Assembly: GCA_963693365.1 (NCBI GenBank)
Contig: CAVNZM010000015.1
Location: 4,657,502-4,721,501, forward strand
From: Amoebidium appalachense
Lineage: Eukaryota; Protista; Ichthyosporea
Direction: 5' to 3'
Length of the DNA stretch: 64,000 nt
The notes below the pieces were generated by a model. The model was not told the origin of the DNA, did not search any database, and saw only the letters and a list, made by a program, of their open reading frames with translations. The first letter of the stretch is position 1, and every line of letters begins with the position of its first letter. The translations under genes were made by a program, and so were the position numbers. This document shows, in pieces, positions 50,701-64,000 of this stretch.

Positions 50701-50964
50701 GTGTCTTTTGGTTTCATCAGTTTACTAGAAAAGAAGACATGAATGGTAGTGTTTAAATTTGCTCAACTGATATTGCCAAAAATTTTGATTCGTTTCCGAA
50801 GTTCTAGCTAGAGCTCCTGTAAAAACTTTCAAGTTCGAGTAACAAGACAAGAGAGCCTTAGAAAGAGCAAAGAGGGGAGGATTGGAGGTACGGTACGGTG
50901 GGTGTTTGGGTGTGTGATCGGGCGGCGGGGGGGGGTGGGAGGCGGTGGTGGTGGTGGTGGTGGT

Positions 50965-50997
<33 letters not shown>

Positions 50998-51081
50998 GGA
51001 AAGGGGGGGGGGGGGGGGGAAGCCTTAGGGGGTAAGAGGACGAAAAAATGCGCGCGCGCGTGTGTGTGTGTGTGTGTGGGT

Positions 51082-51119
<38 letters not shown>

Positions 51120-51740
51120 GGGGCAAGCCGTAAAACTGTGCTTGTCTGAGGAATTAATCATGGTCCAGGTAAATACATCACCACTCATCAAATTGATAAA
51201 CTCATGATTGGTGTAGGTTCATATAAGTAAGTTTTGGATTCATCCTTATTTTCATAATGACATGGAGTGATGACTCAAACTTTTTTCCGTTACAACAGGA
51301 ACTCGACTTTGTACCGTTGGATCCACCTTTCCTACTGACGCAACGAGTCCGAACCCACACACACAGCACACGCAACACCACACATCCCCCCTACCCACCA
51401 ACATGCGCAACCGTCGTCTCATGTCCATGGTCAAATCAGACCGTCGCGGTGACCACAATCTGAAGTATCGTGACCCTCGCCGTGCAAACCTGGACATGCG
51501 TGTTTCCATCCGTGTTGCCGGGTAGATATCCCCCCCCCCCCCCCCCCCCCCCCTCCCCCCTCCCCCCCCCCTCCCCCCTCCCCCCCCCCCCCCCCCCCTC
51601 CCCCCCTCCCCCCCCCCCCACAAACACACACACACACACACACACGTTCCCTTTTTCCTTCTGATAGCCCCCTCTCTACACGTATGGTGTTCTAGAAAAT
51701 ATACACTACACTCTGCACTGGCAACTCGCTCGTTCTCTCT

Positions 51741-51792
<52 letters not shown>

Positions 51793-53250
51793 AAAAAATT
51801 CATCGTAGCACTAGCACTGTAAGGGTCTTCCCATAACAGTTTCATATTTTGACCAAAGATGCTTCTGGTAACACCCCCCCCCCCCCCCTCGCTAGTATGG
51901 GTGCCGCGCCTTCGAAAGATTGGAAGAAGAGGAGGAGTAATTACGGTTAAAGTATACGAGCAAAGAAAGAAACGAATAATCTGAAAGGAAAACACTGGTA
52001 ACACCCAATTATATCGGCCATGCGCCTATGTATGTGACCACTTCTCCGTGCCTACCCCCCCCCCCCCCCCCCCCCCCCCCCCACCCCCATCCCTTGCATG
52101 CCCCGAAAGACACCTTCTTTCTGCACCCACCCATACAACTTGAACCTCCTGAAGCTCCTACATTGGGAAACACACGTTGAAAATGGACCGTAGTCCGACC
52201 GAAAATATCCATTTTTAACCGATTATTCATTGATCAGTAGCGCATGCGATGTTGAAAAGAATATCTTCCTTGCTAACGTGTCTTCGTTTTCATCAAACAG
52301 GCATTCCCAGGGCGGGTGGAAGGGCAAAGCCAAGAAGAAGTGGGACCGTTGAAACGTTTCTACGACGCTGTCTGCATGCTATTGTCGAAAATTCATCGAA
52401 CTCGGTCCGAAATTCAAAAATGATTGTGGGGAAAATTGCTGGTACTGCGCGAGTTCCGGGGTTTTTGATGGTTTATCGGGGGGTTCAAATGGTTGCGGTG
52501 AGGTGGAGATCGTGGTGGAATCTCACGAATCAGAAGGAATAGATTGGATTTTTTGTTTTCTGGCGATAAAAATTCGGGTTTGATTGAGAAAGCGGGGGGG
52601 GGGTCATCATGAGTATTTAAAGTGATTTCTAGATCAAAAGTGTTTTGGTGGAGAAAGAGGCATAGGGCCATATGTCGGAATAGACTGGACGTCACTTAGG
52701 TTAGCGCGAAAGTGTTCCGGCGGAATAGACTGGTCGTTTCAAGTTTGCTGTGCCTTTGAGTGATACAACTTCGGCCGGAACTTTATATCACGGTCATTGT
52801 GTGAACCCGGGGGCGACCTTGAATGTATCCTATACGTACTGGTGGACACGAGTTATGTTTTTGGCACAATTTGTTTTGGCCCCTGCTGCCGGGTGCGCCA
52901 GGTTGTTTTGCCTAAAATAAACCGAATGGAAACTGTTTGGCATAATTTTGATATGACGCATGGTAAACAAATTTTCCGGCTTTCACGTGTTACTGTATCA
53001 AAGTTTATGCTGTGTGTCGGCTCTAGGCTTCCGGGGGCGCCGTGAGGGAAAGGGGGGGGGGGGGGGGGGGGTTTAGCCCACGTGTGGTCATCCGAAGTCT
53101 CCAACAATCCTGCCAGGATATTGGATCATTGGATCCTCCTCTCTTCCCCCCCCCTCCCCCCTCCCCCCTCTTCCCCCAATTAAACACACCGCAATGCACA
53201 CACACACACACAATCACAACGTATGTCAGTACAAGTCCCCACTTGCCCCC

Positions 53251-53285
<35 letters not shown>

Positions 53286-54018
53286 AGCCGTCCGAGTTCC
53301 TTCCCCTGACTCCGACCACCCGCCACCAGCTAAAGCATTCATTCACGGCTGTGATTCCTTCCATTTATGTTAGTACAGCACGTGGCCACGAAAGGTGTAC
53401 AGGATGCAGCACGTCTGTGTATGTGTGTGTAAGCGCGCGCGCGCATGTGTGCGTGTGGGTGGGTGGGTGGGTGGGTGGGTGGGTGGGTGGGTGGGTGGGT
53501 GGGTGGGTGGGTGGGTGGGTGGGTGGGTGGGTGGGTGCCCCCCCCTCTCTCTCTCAAGCTGAGAGTTTCTTGTGTGTGTGTGTGTGCGTGCGTGTTTGCG
53601 TGTGTGTGTGCCAGTGTGTGTGTGCATGTGTGTGTGTGTGTGTGTGGGTGTGTATGCCAGTGTGTGACTGTGTGTGTGTGTGCGTGTGCGTGTGCGTGTG
53701 CGTGCACTCGTGTGCGCGTGCGCGTGCGCGTGCGTGTGCGTGTGCGTGCGTGTGTGTGTGTGTATGTTTGTATGTCACAGTGCCTCTGTCTGTGTGGGTA
53801 TGTAATCGTGTTTATGTGTGCCAGTGCCAGTAGTACGTGCTTGGGCATGCATCAAACTTTACACTGACACAGCGAGCACCGTGGCCCAGGGCCATGATCA
53901 TGCTTCGACCAGTTGCCATCACTAGCACTGAAGACACAGGCTCTGTTGTTCGGATCTAGACGTTGGTGGGTCGGCAGACTGGCACTGAGGTGGCTTTTCC
54001 CGGGGGTCACCGGGCCCA

Positions 54019-54058
<40 letters not shown>

Positions 54059-54554
54059 GGGGGCTAGTAGGGAGAGAGGGAAGGGGGGGGGGGGGGGGGG
54101 GGGGAGGTGTATTTTTTATTTTTATTGGTTTAGCGCTCGGCTTCAAGCCCATTACGCGACAACCGCCCCGAAGTCTACAGATCGTATGTATACATGTACA
54201 GAATATGATCGCCGCGGCCCAGTGCAACTCCTACACTCTGCAATCACGACTCTGGTCCCGCCAAATCGTTAACAGACAGCACTAACCCAGGGGGCGCACA
54301 AACATGCCACGGCATGTCAGCTTGAGAGCTTTTGGCTACAAGCTATTGGCCCAACCGTAGCAACTTCACCAGAAACCCAATATAGATGCAAACCCTTCCA
54401 ATCTCGAAGTATCATCAATAGCAGTTGACGGCGCATATCCCGTCACTCACATATCCTAGCGACCTCGGGCCAGCCGGCGCCATCGGGGGGGAAGAGAGGG
54501 GGTGTGGTGGGGGAACGGAGGAAGAGAAAGGAGGAGAGATAGTGGATATATCCG

Positions 54555-55095
<541 letters not shown>

Positions 55096-56977
55096 GGCAC
55101 TGGGGGGACGGGGGGATAGGAGGGGGAGAGAGGGAGAAGAAGGGAAACCGTGACATGCCCCCCCCCCCCCCCTCCCCCCCCCCCCCCCTCCCCCCTCCCC
55201 CCTCCCCCCTCCCCCCTCCCCGCCCCCTCGCCCCCTCGCCCCCTCCCCCCTCTCCCCCTCCCCCGGCCCCCCTTACCCCCCCCCCCCCCCCCCCCCCGCC
55301 CCCCGGGGCCCCTCCCTCCCTTCCGCCATGATTATGCTAAATTTGCCATATGATGTTCTGCCACCAGTCACGGCCCCTCGGGCCTGGGCCAGGATATGCC
55401 CGACTTGTGCCTCCAAGTCGGATCCGGAAGGCCTCGCGGCCGCGGGCGAATGACATTCCAGCTCCGGAACAGCCCGAGTACTAGTCATGACAAGGTACTG
55501 GTGGTCAATGGAATTCACTTTCACATGTAGAAACGGAATTATTTTCACACAAATAAAACGCTTCTTGGTAACTGCTAAATGGGAAGATTTATTCCATCTA
55601 ATACTGTACCATCACAAAACATGAACACGTGCATGCACTAAGTTACGACCACAAGTGAGTGAGGACACTGCGACCGTGTTCATACCGTCGTAATGCTATT
55701 GGTTGGAGACTACGGCGGGCGAATCCCCCCATACTCCTGTGTGTGGGGCGAGACAAATGTGCACACAGAGCCGTAATCAGGCAAAAACGTGTATATTTTT
55801 TATTGCATTATACACGAACAATTAGATATATCATATCACAAATATCTCTGAAGCAGAAATAATTAGATGACTACTACTCCCAGGCACACAACAAAGCATT
55901 TACAATTTTCCAATCTAACATATTTTTTTTAGCGAAGAATGACTCGCATAATATATATTTCCGATTAAAATGAAATTTTAACATTTTCCAGATAAATCGG
56001 CAATGTAGCGCGAAGCAACATCGGCTGTGCACAGTCATCTAAATATCACCAATCGAGAGCTGCAAGTTACGTAAAGATTTTTATTAAGCACAACGACCCA
56101 TTATGTTCCATGCTCACTACATACATAGCTACACGTTATGTGGAAATGGCGTCTCAGATTCGAATTTTCCGGCCGGCCCAGGACGCGTTTCGGAGACGAT
56201 ATCGATCATCATCTGGCGTGACGATGACTGAAGCATGCAACACGCCCCACCATTATGGCATGTCTTTGGGGATCACACGGGCGGTAAATGTGGTATGCAA
56301 AGAATGTTCAGATTGACATATGATTGGATTAAAGGACCTTTTGCGGCCCGGCTGGCTCGCTGTGGCATTTAAAGCGGTCACCCCACACCTTAAATTTTAA
56401 CCTGGATTATATATATATCCAAGTGTGTAATTAGCGCCAGTCATTTCAATGCCGTAAATAATACACAAAAATAGCTTACATAATCCAAACGAGCTGTTTT
56501 TATTATTTATCAACTCAGGTATATTAGAATCATAATGCGTTGGGGGCAGAATGTTAGATCAAGATGTGATAACGATATTTTCGTTTGAAATAGAATTTGG
56601 TGTGCAATAATTTGGATTGACAAATGCTCCCTTCTAGGAGGATTCACCCAGAAGGAGTGCCGCTGAAGCTGATGGCATTCCTTCGGACCCCGGCCATTGA
56701 CAGATTGAGCACACACGTACAACGAATGTACTGCATCTGTCTGTCAGTCTGTGTATGTTCTCGATTCAGCAGTTCAGTGTGCAAAGGACTAACCAAACGA
56801 CGCACAGGTTCACTATTCCTAATAGTCGTCCCGTTATTCAAAAGGGAATGCTTGTACAACTATAGGACTTCAGCTGCTCTGTAATATATGTACGCACTCA
56901 CTGATTAGATACATCTCCTCTTGCTCCATCTCTCAGCGAAGAACGGAAGCTCCCGAAGGTTCTTTCACACTTCTACC

Positions 56978-57015
<38 letters not shown>

Positions 57016-57161
57016 GTACACCACAACACTCTTGGCACATACACCCACACCAGCACTACAACTACACTCATGTTCCTTTAGCCAAACAATCGTGAGCCCA
57101 ATGTAACCTAGTTTCGTCTCTTCCTTTTCAGTTCCGATTTCCCTCTGGAAATTCCCGAAAA

Positions 57162-58106
57162 ATGTCCGATGTGGCGTCCCATCTGGCGTCCACATCGGCG
57201 TGCCTCCCCAACAAATATGGAACTGCGACCGAGTCATTCCCCGGAGAGAACCAAGGGGGGAGTTCGGTTGGGCAACTTCTTATGCAGAGATTAGCCGAGT
57301 GGGAGAAGGAGCTAGAACACGAAATTGATTTATTCAGCAAGGAGGAGTTGTTGTTGAAGAGGTCTGTGAGCACGGATACGGTAGATTCTGTGAACTCCGG
57401 ATTGAATTTCGGTGCATGTACCCCACCGGAGCAATCTGTACCATCAAATCAGGATACCCACACGAAATCAGGGAATGAATTTGAAGGAAGTTCTATTCCC
57501 AACACGAAGGATTCGGCCGTGAGCACAAACGAACCTGAGCGCATGAAACTTGCTGCAAAATCACCAGAAAATGGGGTGTGCATAGCACTTGAGCAGCAGG
57601 AAACGCAAAGAGAGCCATGTGTGGCCGAGCCACCAGACCGATTTGTGGTGTTGCAGGGATCAGCAGCGCCCACGCCGCAACCACCATCTCATGTGTCGAA
57701 TGCTGGGAATGGCCCAACTAAGCAAACCGGTCGGATGAAATCCTCCAGCACCGACTTCAGAGATGACATGTTAACGGAGGAGGAGCGAGATAAAATTGCA
57801 AGAATTCTATCAAAGGTGGATGAAAATTACGGGAAAACGAGAGCGAGTTTTGGCCGCGCAAGCGCCCCCGGCCCCAAGACCACATCGTTGCAATCAAACG
57901 GACCGGCAAAAGTTCTGCGGAGACAGAAATCCAAACCGGTAACTGTGGGCGAATTTGGATATGTACATCTAAACTTGGAAGATTGTGATCCTTCAGAACT
58001 CATGCATGAGACCTTAAGGGAACGGAAGTTAAGGCGGTCCATCATGATCGAAATGAGGGAAAAGTCGCTGGCCGTTCAGACGCTGGTTGAAAAGAGGAAA
58101 AAGTGA
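57162..58106 (+). CDS. Hypothetical 314-aa protein, single coding exon
   Basis: Non-repetitive ORF with AAAAATG start, downstream of a pyrimidine-rich acceptor (TCTTCCTTTTCAG ~57131); helical QRLAEWEKELEHEI segment, disordered middle, basic helical C-terminus. No family recognised. Confidence 0.75.
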   Translation: MSDVASHLASTSACLPNKYGTATESFPGENQGGSSVGQLLMQRLAEWEKELEHEIDLFSKEELLLKRSVSTDTVDSVNSGLNFGACTPPEQSVPSNQDTHTKSGNEFEGSSIPNTKDSAVSTNEPERMKLAAKSPENGVCIALEQQETQREPCVAEPPDRFVVLQGSAAPTPQPPSHVSNAGNGPTKQTGRMKSSSTDFRDDMLTEEERDKIARILSKVDENYGKTRASFGRASAPGPKTTSLQSNGPAKVLRRQKSKPVTVGEFGYVHLNLEDCDPSELMHETLRERKLRRSIMIEMREKSLAVQTLVEKRKK

Positions 58107-59588
58107 TTTTGACGATGGGAATATGTCTACATAGTTTAAAAAGCTATTTGTATATGCGTATTTGCTTCGCATTTCTTATACCGTAATACTCTTTTTTGGT
58201 AGGTTTGAGAGTATGATATTCTGAAGTGTGTTTGGTGCGTGCACGTGTGGACGGCGCGTTTTTTTGTGCAATATAGTTTTTGAATGATTTGGTATGGTTT
58301 TCAAAGTGGCGCATGCGCTCTCGATTTTTTTTTTTCCTATTGGGTTTCATTCTTCGTGTATTTACGAAGTGGTGGTTGGGCAAGTGATGCTTAGATACTG
58401 TTTTTTTCCGTTTTCAAATCTTTCTGTATGATTTATTTGTATGAATAATGCTGTGCAGCTGTCACAGATTCGCCCACCTCAGTGATGTATTTACCAGTTG
58501 ATAGGAAGTATTGGTGCATATACTGATTCAAGGTATCATTCCCGGTAATTAAAGACTTGTTAGAGCTTAGCAATATACCGTGACATATAATTCAATACTA
58601 ACATTCAACTGCCCAAGCCTTAGTGATTCTTCTATACGCTTGCAGTGTGTGGATAGATGCGGTTGTTTTGTAGCCGCTGTACGTGCGTACCGAAAGATTG
58701 GGTCTATATTTTATTGCCGTTGTAAGCTATTTATAGCTATTGAAAGCGCGAACGAAAGGAGGTAGGTTGGTGTGGTTGAACACGCATATTTACCGCTCGT
58801 TTTAGGTTGAAGTATGTATATCACACTTATATTTGTATCTGATATATGCCGAAGCTTTGTAGGAGGAGAATGTATCGAATATAATTCTATTGCTTCCAGT
58901 GAATGGGAGTAGGAACTGAGTGTGCAGTACTAGCTGAAGTGTATCGTAGATTTGGTACACTGGGTGCTTAAAAACAAAAAAACAAAAAACAAAAACATCC
59001 TGTCTTCAAACACCTCCTTTTTTTCATTCCCCGAGTGTGAAAACAAAGAAACATTCTGCGTCAACATGGTACGGATAGCTAGACTGTCGTTGGAAAGATT
59101 GCCATTTTGACGTCCGTAAAAAAACTTTTTGCACACTGTAGGGCATACAGACACCATAGCAATCATGTGTGTGTGTGGGGGGGTGGGTGGGTGGGTGGGT
59201 GGGCGGACCTGATGTTCGACGGGGGAGGGGGGGGGGGGGAGGGGGGGGGAGGGGTCCAGCCCGAGTGCAGTCGGACGTGTCCGGATGGGGGATGGGGAGG
59301 GGGGAGGGGGGGACACAAATATGCAAGGGGTGGAGGCAGGGGCGGGGCGGGGCCGGGGGGGGAGGGAAGGGGGGGGGGGGGGGGGGGGGGGAGGGGGATT
59401 ATGCAAGGGTAGGGAGGGGGGGAGGGGGATTATGCAAGGGTAGGGAGGGGGGGGGAGGGGGGGGGAGGGGGGAGGCCTAGGGGCAGATTTAAATTTAAAG
59501 CAAGGGGCTCTGAGGCGGGGCTGAGAGGGAGGGGGCCGGGGGAGGAGGGGAAACGTTACTCGTCACAATGGTGCAAACTAGGGGCGGG

Positions 59589-59622
<34 letters not shown>

Positions 59623-60720
59623 GGGGGGGGGGGGACAATTATGGAAGGGGAGGGGAGGGAGGGGGGGGTCCGGAGGGGGAAGGAGGGGAGGGGGGGGGGG
59701 GGAAAGAGACTTCAGTTCAAATTCGTGATCGTTCATTTATATGATCTTTACAGCAAAAACAACGGATATATAAGGTAAACGGTGTACATATATCAAACGT
59801 TACGGAATATCATGCTGTGACGTCTCTGAGTTTGCGCACGTCGGCGTCTGATGTTCGGTGTTGTTCCGAGCCTTATGGACAAAACGTCTGAAACGTGTGA
59901 TGATCATCAAGGGTACCGATGGTCGCACGCACGGGTGCACACGCGCGCACACACACACACACACACCTACGTATGCACACATGCAACATGCACACATGTA
60001 CGCACGCACGTACGCACGCACGTACGCACACTTAAATAAAGTTTTGATGTATATATACTGTTTGTGTGTGGTTGCGTGCTTCGTACACAGGATGGGAAGG
60101 GCAGTCATATGGATGTAGTACCAACACAAAACACACAACGCGGGCACGCGCGCGCGCGCACACACACACACACGCACACACATGCATATCTGGTGCTCAG
60201 ATAATACAAGTATACTGCCATTTAGACGTTTTTACTGTGTGCAGCCTCTGTATTCCATCTCACCAATTATCAGTGACGAGGCTTTGTAGGTCTATCCTTC
60301 ACCCCAAGCAGTAATTTGTATCAACCCCCCCCCCCCCCTCTCTCCCGGGCCCCTTCCCGCCCACCGGCCTCTCCTCCCCGAATTTGTTTTTTAAAAAAAA
60401 CGAAAAAAAGGCAAATAACATTTAGGTCAACAGATTCATCGGCAATTATTCCTCACACGACCCACACTATCACACAAATCACATTGGGTGAGCTCCTATT
60501 AACCAATAAACCCATCGCAACTGTACAATCAGATACCAATTTCAAATTTCCATCGAGGGGAGGGGGGCCCCACACTTCTATTATTGTTTCTGGGGGGTCC
60601 AAACTCTTGACGGATTTGCCTCAAGTAGATATTCAATTACCCCGAACTTATCCACACCACCCGAGGTTTGTTATTCTTGACGAATTTTCCTCAAACGGGG
60701 GGTTCAATCACCCCACAGAC

Positions 60721-60896
60721 CTATTGCTCCTGGGGGTTTTTCTTCACGATTTTGCCGCAAATAAGCCACTGGCTGTCCGGATCTACGACGTGTCTCTCCA
60801 GCACCACATACTCAATCACTTCCTGATGGGTGACTGTGTTGTCGTTGCTGAACCCTTTGAATGCACCGTTCCATACCTGTGTGTGTGTTCGTGTGT

Positions 60897-60927
<31 letters not shown>

Positions 60928-62055
60928 GGGGAGGGGGAGAAGGGGATGAGTGTGTGTGTGTGTGGTGGGGGGTGGGGTGTGTGTGTGTATGTAGGGGAGG
61001 GAGAGGGGGGGGGGGGGGGGGGGGGGGCGGGTGTGTGTGTGTGTGTGTGTGTATATGGTGGTGGTGGTGGTGGTGGTGGTGGTGGGGGGGGGGGGGGGGG
61101 GGGGGGGGGGGGTGATGTATGCGTTAGAGGGTTGGAAATGGGGGGGGGGGGGAGGGGGGGGGGGGGGGAGGGGGGAAGAGGGGGAGTGGGGAAGGGTGAT
61201 GGTGGGTGGTTCGAAGAGTCCGTCACAGAGTGCGAAGTACACAGTCATAACGGACAGCATCATGCAGAGAGCAAACCACACAAAGCGTAAGCAGAAGAAG
61301 GTGGTGGTGGTGGTGGTGGTGGTGTGTGTGTGTGTGCGTGTGCGTGTGCGCGCGCGTGTGTGTGTCTGTGTGTGCGCGCGCGTATGCACGCGCGTGTGTT
61401 GATCATGTTCATGTCTCTCTCTCGATCCCTCTCTCTCTCTCTCTCAGTGTGTGTGTGTGTGTGTGTGTGTTGGGGGGGTTGCACGTACCTGTCTGTGATG
61501 GAGTCTCACCATGACCTGAATCCACGTGTCTTGGGCTGACTCGACCTGGATGGCTCGGAGGGCTACCATGCGTGGACGCTCCATAATCTGCTCCACCTGT
61601 GTACGTGTGTACGTGGACGTGTACGTGTGTGTGTGTATGTATACGTGTGTGTGTACGTGTGTGTACGTGTGTGTGTGTATGTATATATGTGTGTGTACGT
61701 GTGTGTACGTGTGTGTGTGTGTATGTATACGTATGTGTGTACGTGTGTGTACGTGTGTACGTGTGTGTGTGTACGCGCATGTGTACGTGTACGTGTGTAC
61801 GTGTGTGTGTGTGTGTGTGTGCGCGTGTGTGTAGGGGAAGGGGGAGGGAGGAGGAGGACGAGGGGGGGGGGGGGGGGGGGGGGTTAGGGGGTTTAAACTC
61901 GTTCTATTAATGAATACGAGAGTACAGATTCATGGCACACAACACAATGTTGAGTGCAAACTACACATGACGAGAATACACAATATGCAGAGTTATCCTC
62001 AGGGGGGGGGAAGGGTGGTGGTGATAGTGGTGGATGGTTGGGTGGATTGGGTACG

Positions 62056-62087
<32 letters not shown>

Positions 62088-62224
62088 AGACGAGACTGGA
62101 TAGTGATTTTGACAGTTTCCTATACATGGGGCATGATACGCAGGCTTGGGAGGGCAAGGGATGATTTGTTCTCTATTCCTTCCTCCTCCCTTTTTTTTTG
62201 GATTCGAGAGGGAGAGAGGGAGGG

Positions 62225-62261
<37 letters not shown>

Positions 62262-63176
62262 GCTTTACCTTCCACATTGGTGTGACTTTTCCCTTACGTT
62301 TTGGACCGTTTTCAATCATTTTCTGAAAAGAAAGGAAAGAGTAACTGTTATGCTCTTCAGTAAACACAGTTGGGTTGGCAGAGCTGAGGAAAAACAAGTA
62401 CTAAGTGATTTGAAGATGGAAAAGTGGGCAAATGCAAACAGAGAAAAGGGCAGGGAGAGTGGAGGGAAGAGAGGGAGATGGTGTGAGGGAGAAAGGGGGA
62501 GGAGGGACGGAGAGAGGTGGGGAGTGAGGAGAGAAGACATGCAGGCAGGGACACCGGGGAGAGAGGGGGGGGTTTGAATGCGTCATAAAGTACGAAGTAC
62601 ACAAGAACAAACGGATAACACGATGCAGAATGCAAGCCATACATAAAGAGTATGCATAATAAGCAGAGCCCATCCTCAGGGGGGCGCCCACGTCATCCAC
62701 AGTACCCGAGTTTCGACCTATTCACCTCGTTAACGAAACCCAACTCAGATACTGTTTTACTTGAACATGGGTAGGTCACCCGTCTTGATCAGAGACGAGC
62801 AGGGTTGCTTATGCCGGCAAGGGCAGTGGGAAAGGCCGGGGGTTAAAGTTGCAGCAGTAAGCAGAAGCAAGAAAAATATAGATAGGAACTCAGGAGACGG
62901 GGCTTCTAGAAAGCTCCCCCGACGCTACCTAAGTCGATACGGGAGAGAGGGGGGGAGGGGGGGGGGGGGGGGGGGGGGGGGAGGCGTAGAGGGGGAGAGA
63001 GGACGACAGGATGAGATGGGGAAGGGACGGGTGGACGAAAGGAGGGATGGAGAGAAGGAGGGAGAAAAAACGACGATGCATAGCCAAAAAACCGCCTGAA
63101 GAGAGAACAGAGAATAAGTTGCCCCAAATTGTTGTCCGGGGAGAAGGAGGAAGAAGGGGGGTTTTTTTTTTCCTTG

Positions 63177-63217
<41 letters not shown>

Positions 63218-63356
63218 GAATGTGTTATAGAGCGCAAAGTACACTTTAATAACGGACAATACGATGCAGAGTGCAAACTACGCAAAGAGTATGCAGTAAG
63301 AAGTAGAGCCTATCGTCAAGGGGGGCCCAAGTCATCCACAGAACCCCACCGCGCGG

Positions 63357-63397
<41 letters not shown>

Positions 63398-63477
63398 TGT
63401 GTGGTAGGGGGGGGGGGGGGAGTCCTACAAGGTACACGTTTCCAGTCACACTCGTCTTCAGAGTCTCGCTGTCTCCA
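60721..63477 (-). CDS. MRPL45: MRPL45/Mba1-like Tim44-domain protein, 5' part outside the window; exons 63477-63429, 62322-62269, 61596-61489, 60876-60721
   Basis: [16 protein letters not shown]|KMIENG...MWK|[17 protein letters not shown]...[12 protein letters not shown]|...[27 protein letters not shown] resembles the mL45 pattern Q-x-TVRMHTRQ...DVLEYVVFE...W...KI; junctions in phase. Confidence 0.8.
61208..61297 (-). mobile_element. Family A copy, truncated
   Basis: GTGCGAAGTACACAGTCATAACGGACAGCATCATGCAGAGAGCAAACCACAC. Confidence 0.65.
61892..62010 (-). mobile_element. Family A copy, degenerate
   Basis: TACGAGAGTACAG...ACAACACAATG...GAGTGCAAACTACAC...GCAGAGTTATCCTCAGGGG. Confidence 0.65.
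62573..62940 (-). mobile_element. Family A copy (~368 bp), near-identical to 43986-44353
   Basis: Base-by-base match with only scattered substitutions. Confidence 0.9.
63218..63345 (-). mobile_element. Family A copy, truncated
   Basis: AAGTACACTTTAATAACGGACAATACGATGCAGAGTGCAAACTAC...AGAGCCTATCGTCAAGGGGGGCCCAAGTCATCCACAG. Confidence 0.75.
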
Positions 63478-63622
63478 CTGTGTGCGCCTTGTTAGCCACA
63501 TATTTGACATGAGAAACCATGGAGAAACATCCCCCTCTCCCCCCCCCTCCCCCCGGCGCACATACGCACACCCCAACACATCTCCCATCCTGACTAATGA
63601 AATAATTACCTTGGCCTCAAAC

Positions 63623-63654
<32 letters not shown>

Positions 63655-64000
63655 AAAAAATCCTTTTTGTTGTTGTTGTTGTTGTGGTGGTGGTGTGTGT
63701 GTGTGTGCGTGTGTGGGTGGGTGGGGGGGGGGGGGGTTGGTTGGTTTCCGACAACCAGACCGAGAGAGGGAGAGAGGGAGAGAACGAGAGCGAGTGGGGA
63801 GGGAGGGGGAGGGAGGGGGAAGTGTGTGTGTGTATGTCGTGGTCGTAGTGGTGGGGGAAGGGGGGAACACGGGTTGGTTGGGTGGATGGGGGGAGGACGG
63901 GGGGCATATGCATCCCCTTGGCCTTCCCAACAGCCTGACCAGGTATATGTAAGGGGGATAAACAGAAGAGAGGGGATACAGAGAGAAATACACGCACAGA

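Noticed and set aside
51120-51215. Viral D5-like helicase fragment (LMSGDVFT)
   Set aside because: Too short, with no Walker motifs or surrounding ORF.
60316-61290. 324-aa plus-strand ORF
   Set aside because: Antisense to the MRPL45-like last exon and extended by simple repeats.

Overview
Eukaryotic genomic DNA with GT-AG introns packed with (CA)n/(GT)n, (GA)n and long poly-C/poly-G tracts; most ORFs in the supplied track are artefacts of these repeats. By manual, phase-checked exon stitching I find: a 5'-partial DP (TFDP) transcription factor (+), an intronless single-C2H2-finger ORF (-), a divergent T-box gene with the T-box at the C-terminus (+; one frameshift in a C6 run), a disrupted small Cys-rich gene with two CxxxC...CxxxC modules (+), a very compact 205-aa two-pore-domain K+ channel (+), a 13-exon AVT1-type amino acid transporter (-), an intronless 314-aa unknown ORF (+) and the 3' part of an MRPL45/Tim44-like gene (-). 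The gene mix suggests a unicellular opisthokont, possibly an ichthyosporean (inference only). Best non-gene leads: (i) a ~370-bp dispersed element found only in introns, always in the host-sense orientation, 5'-truncated and ending in poly-C; (ii) tandem duplication of intron 3' ends, including a 13-unit array of branch-point-like/acceptor units in front of the last K+ channel exon; (iii) acceptors where (CA)n replaces the polypyrimidine tract. No database searches were run; family calls rest on recognised motifs.
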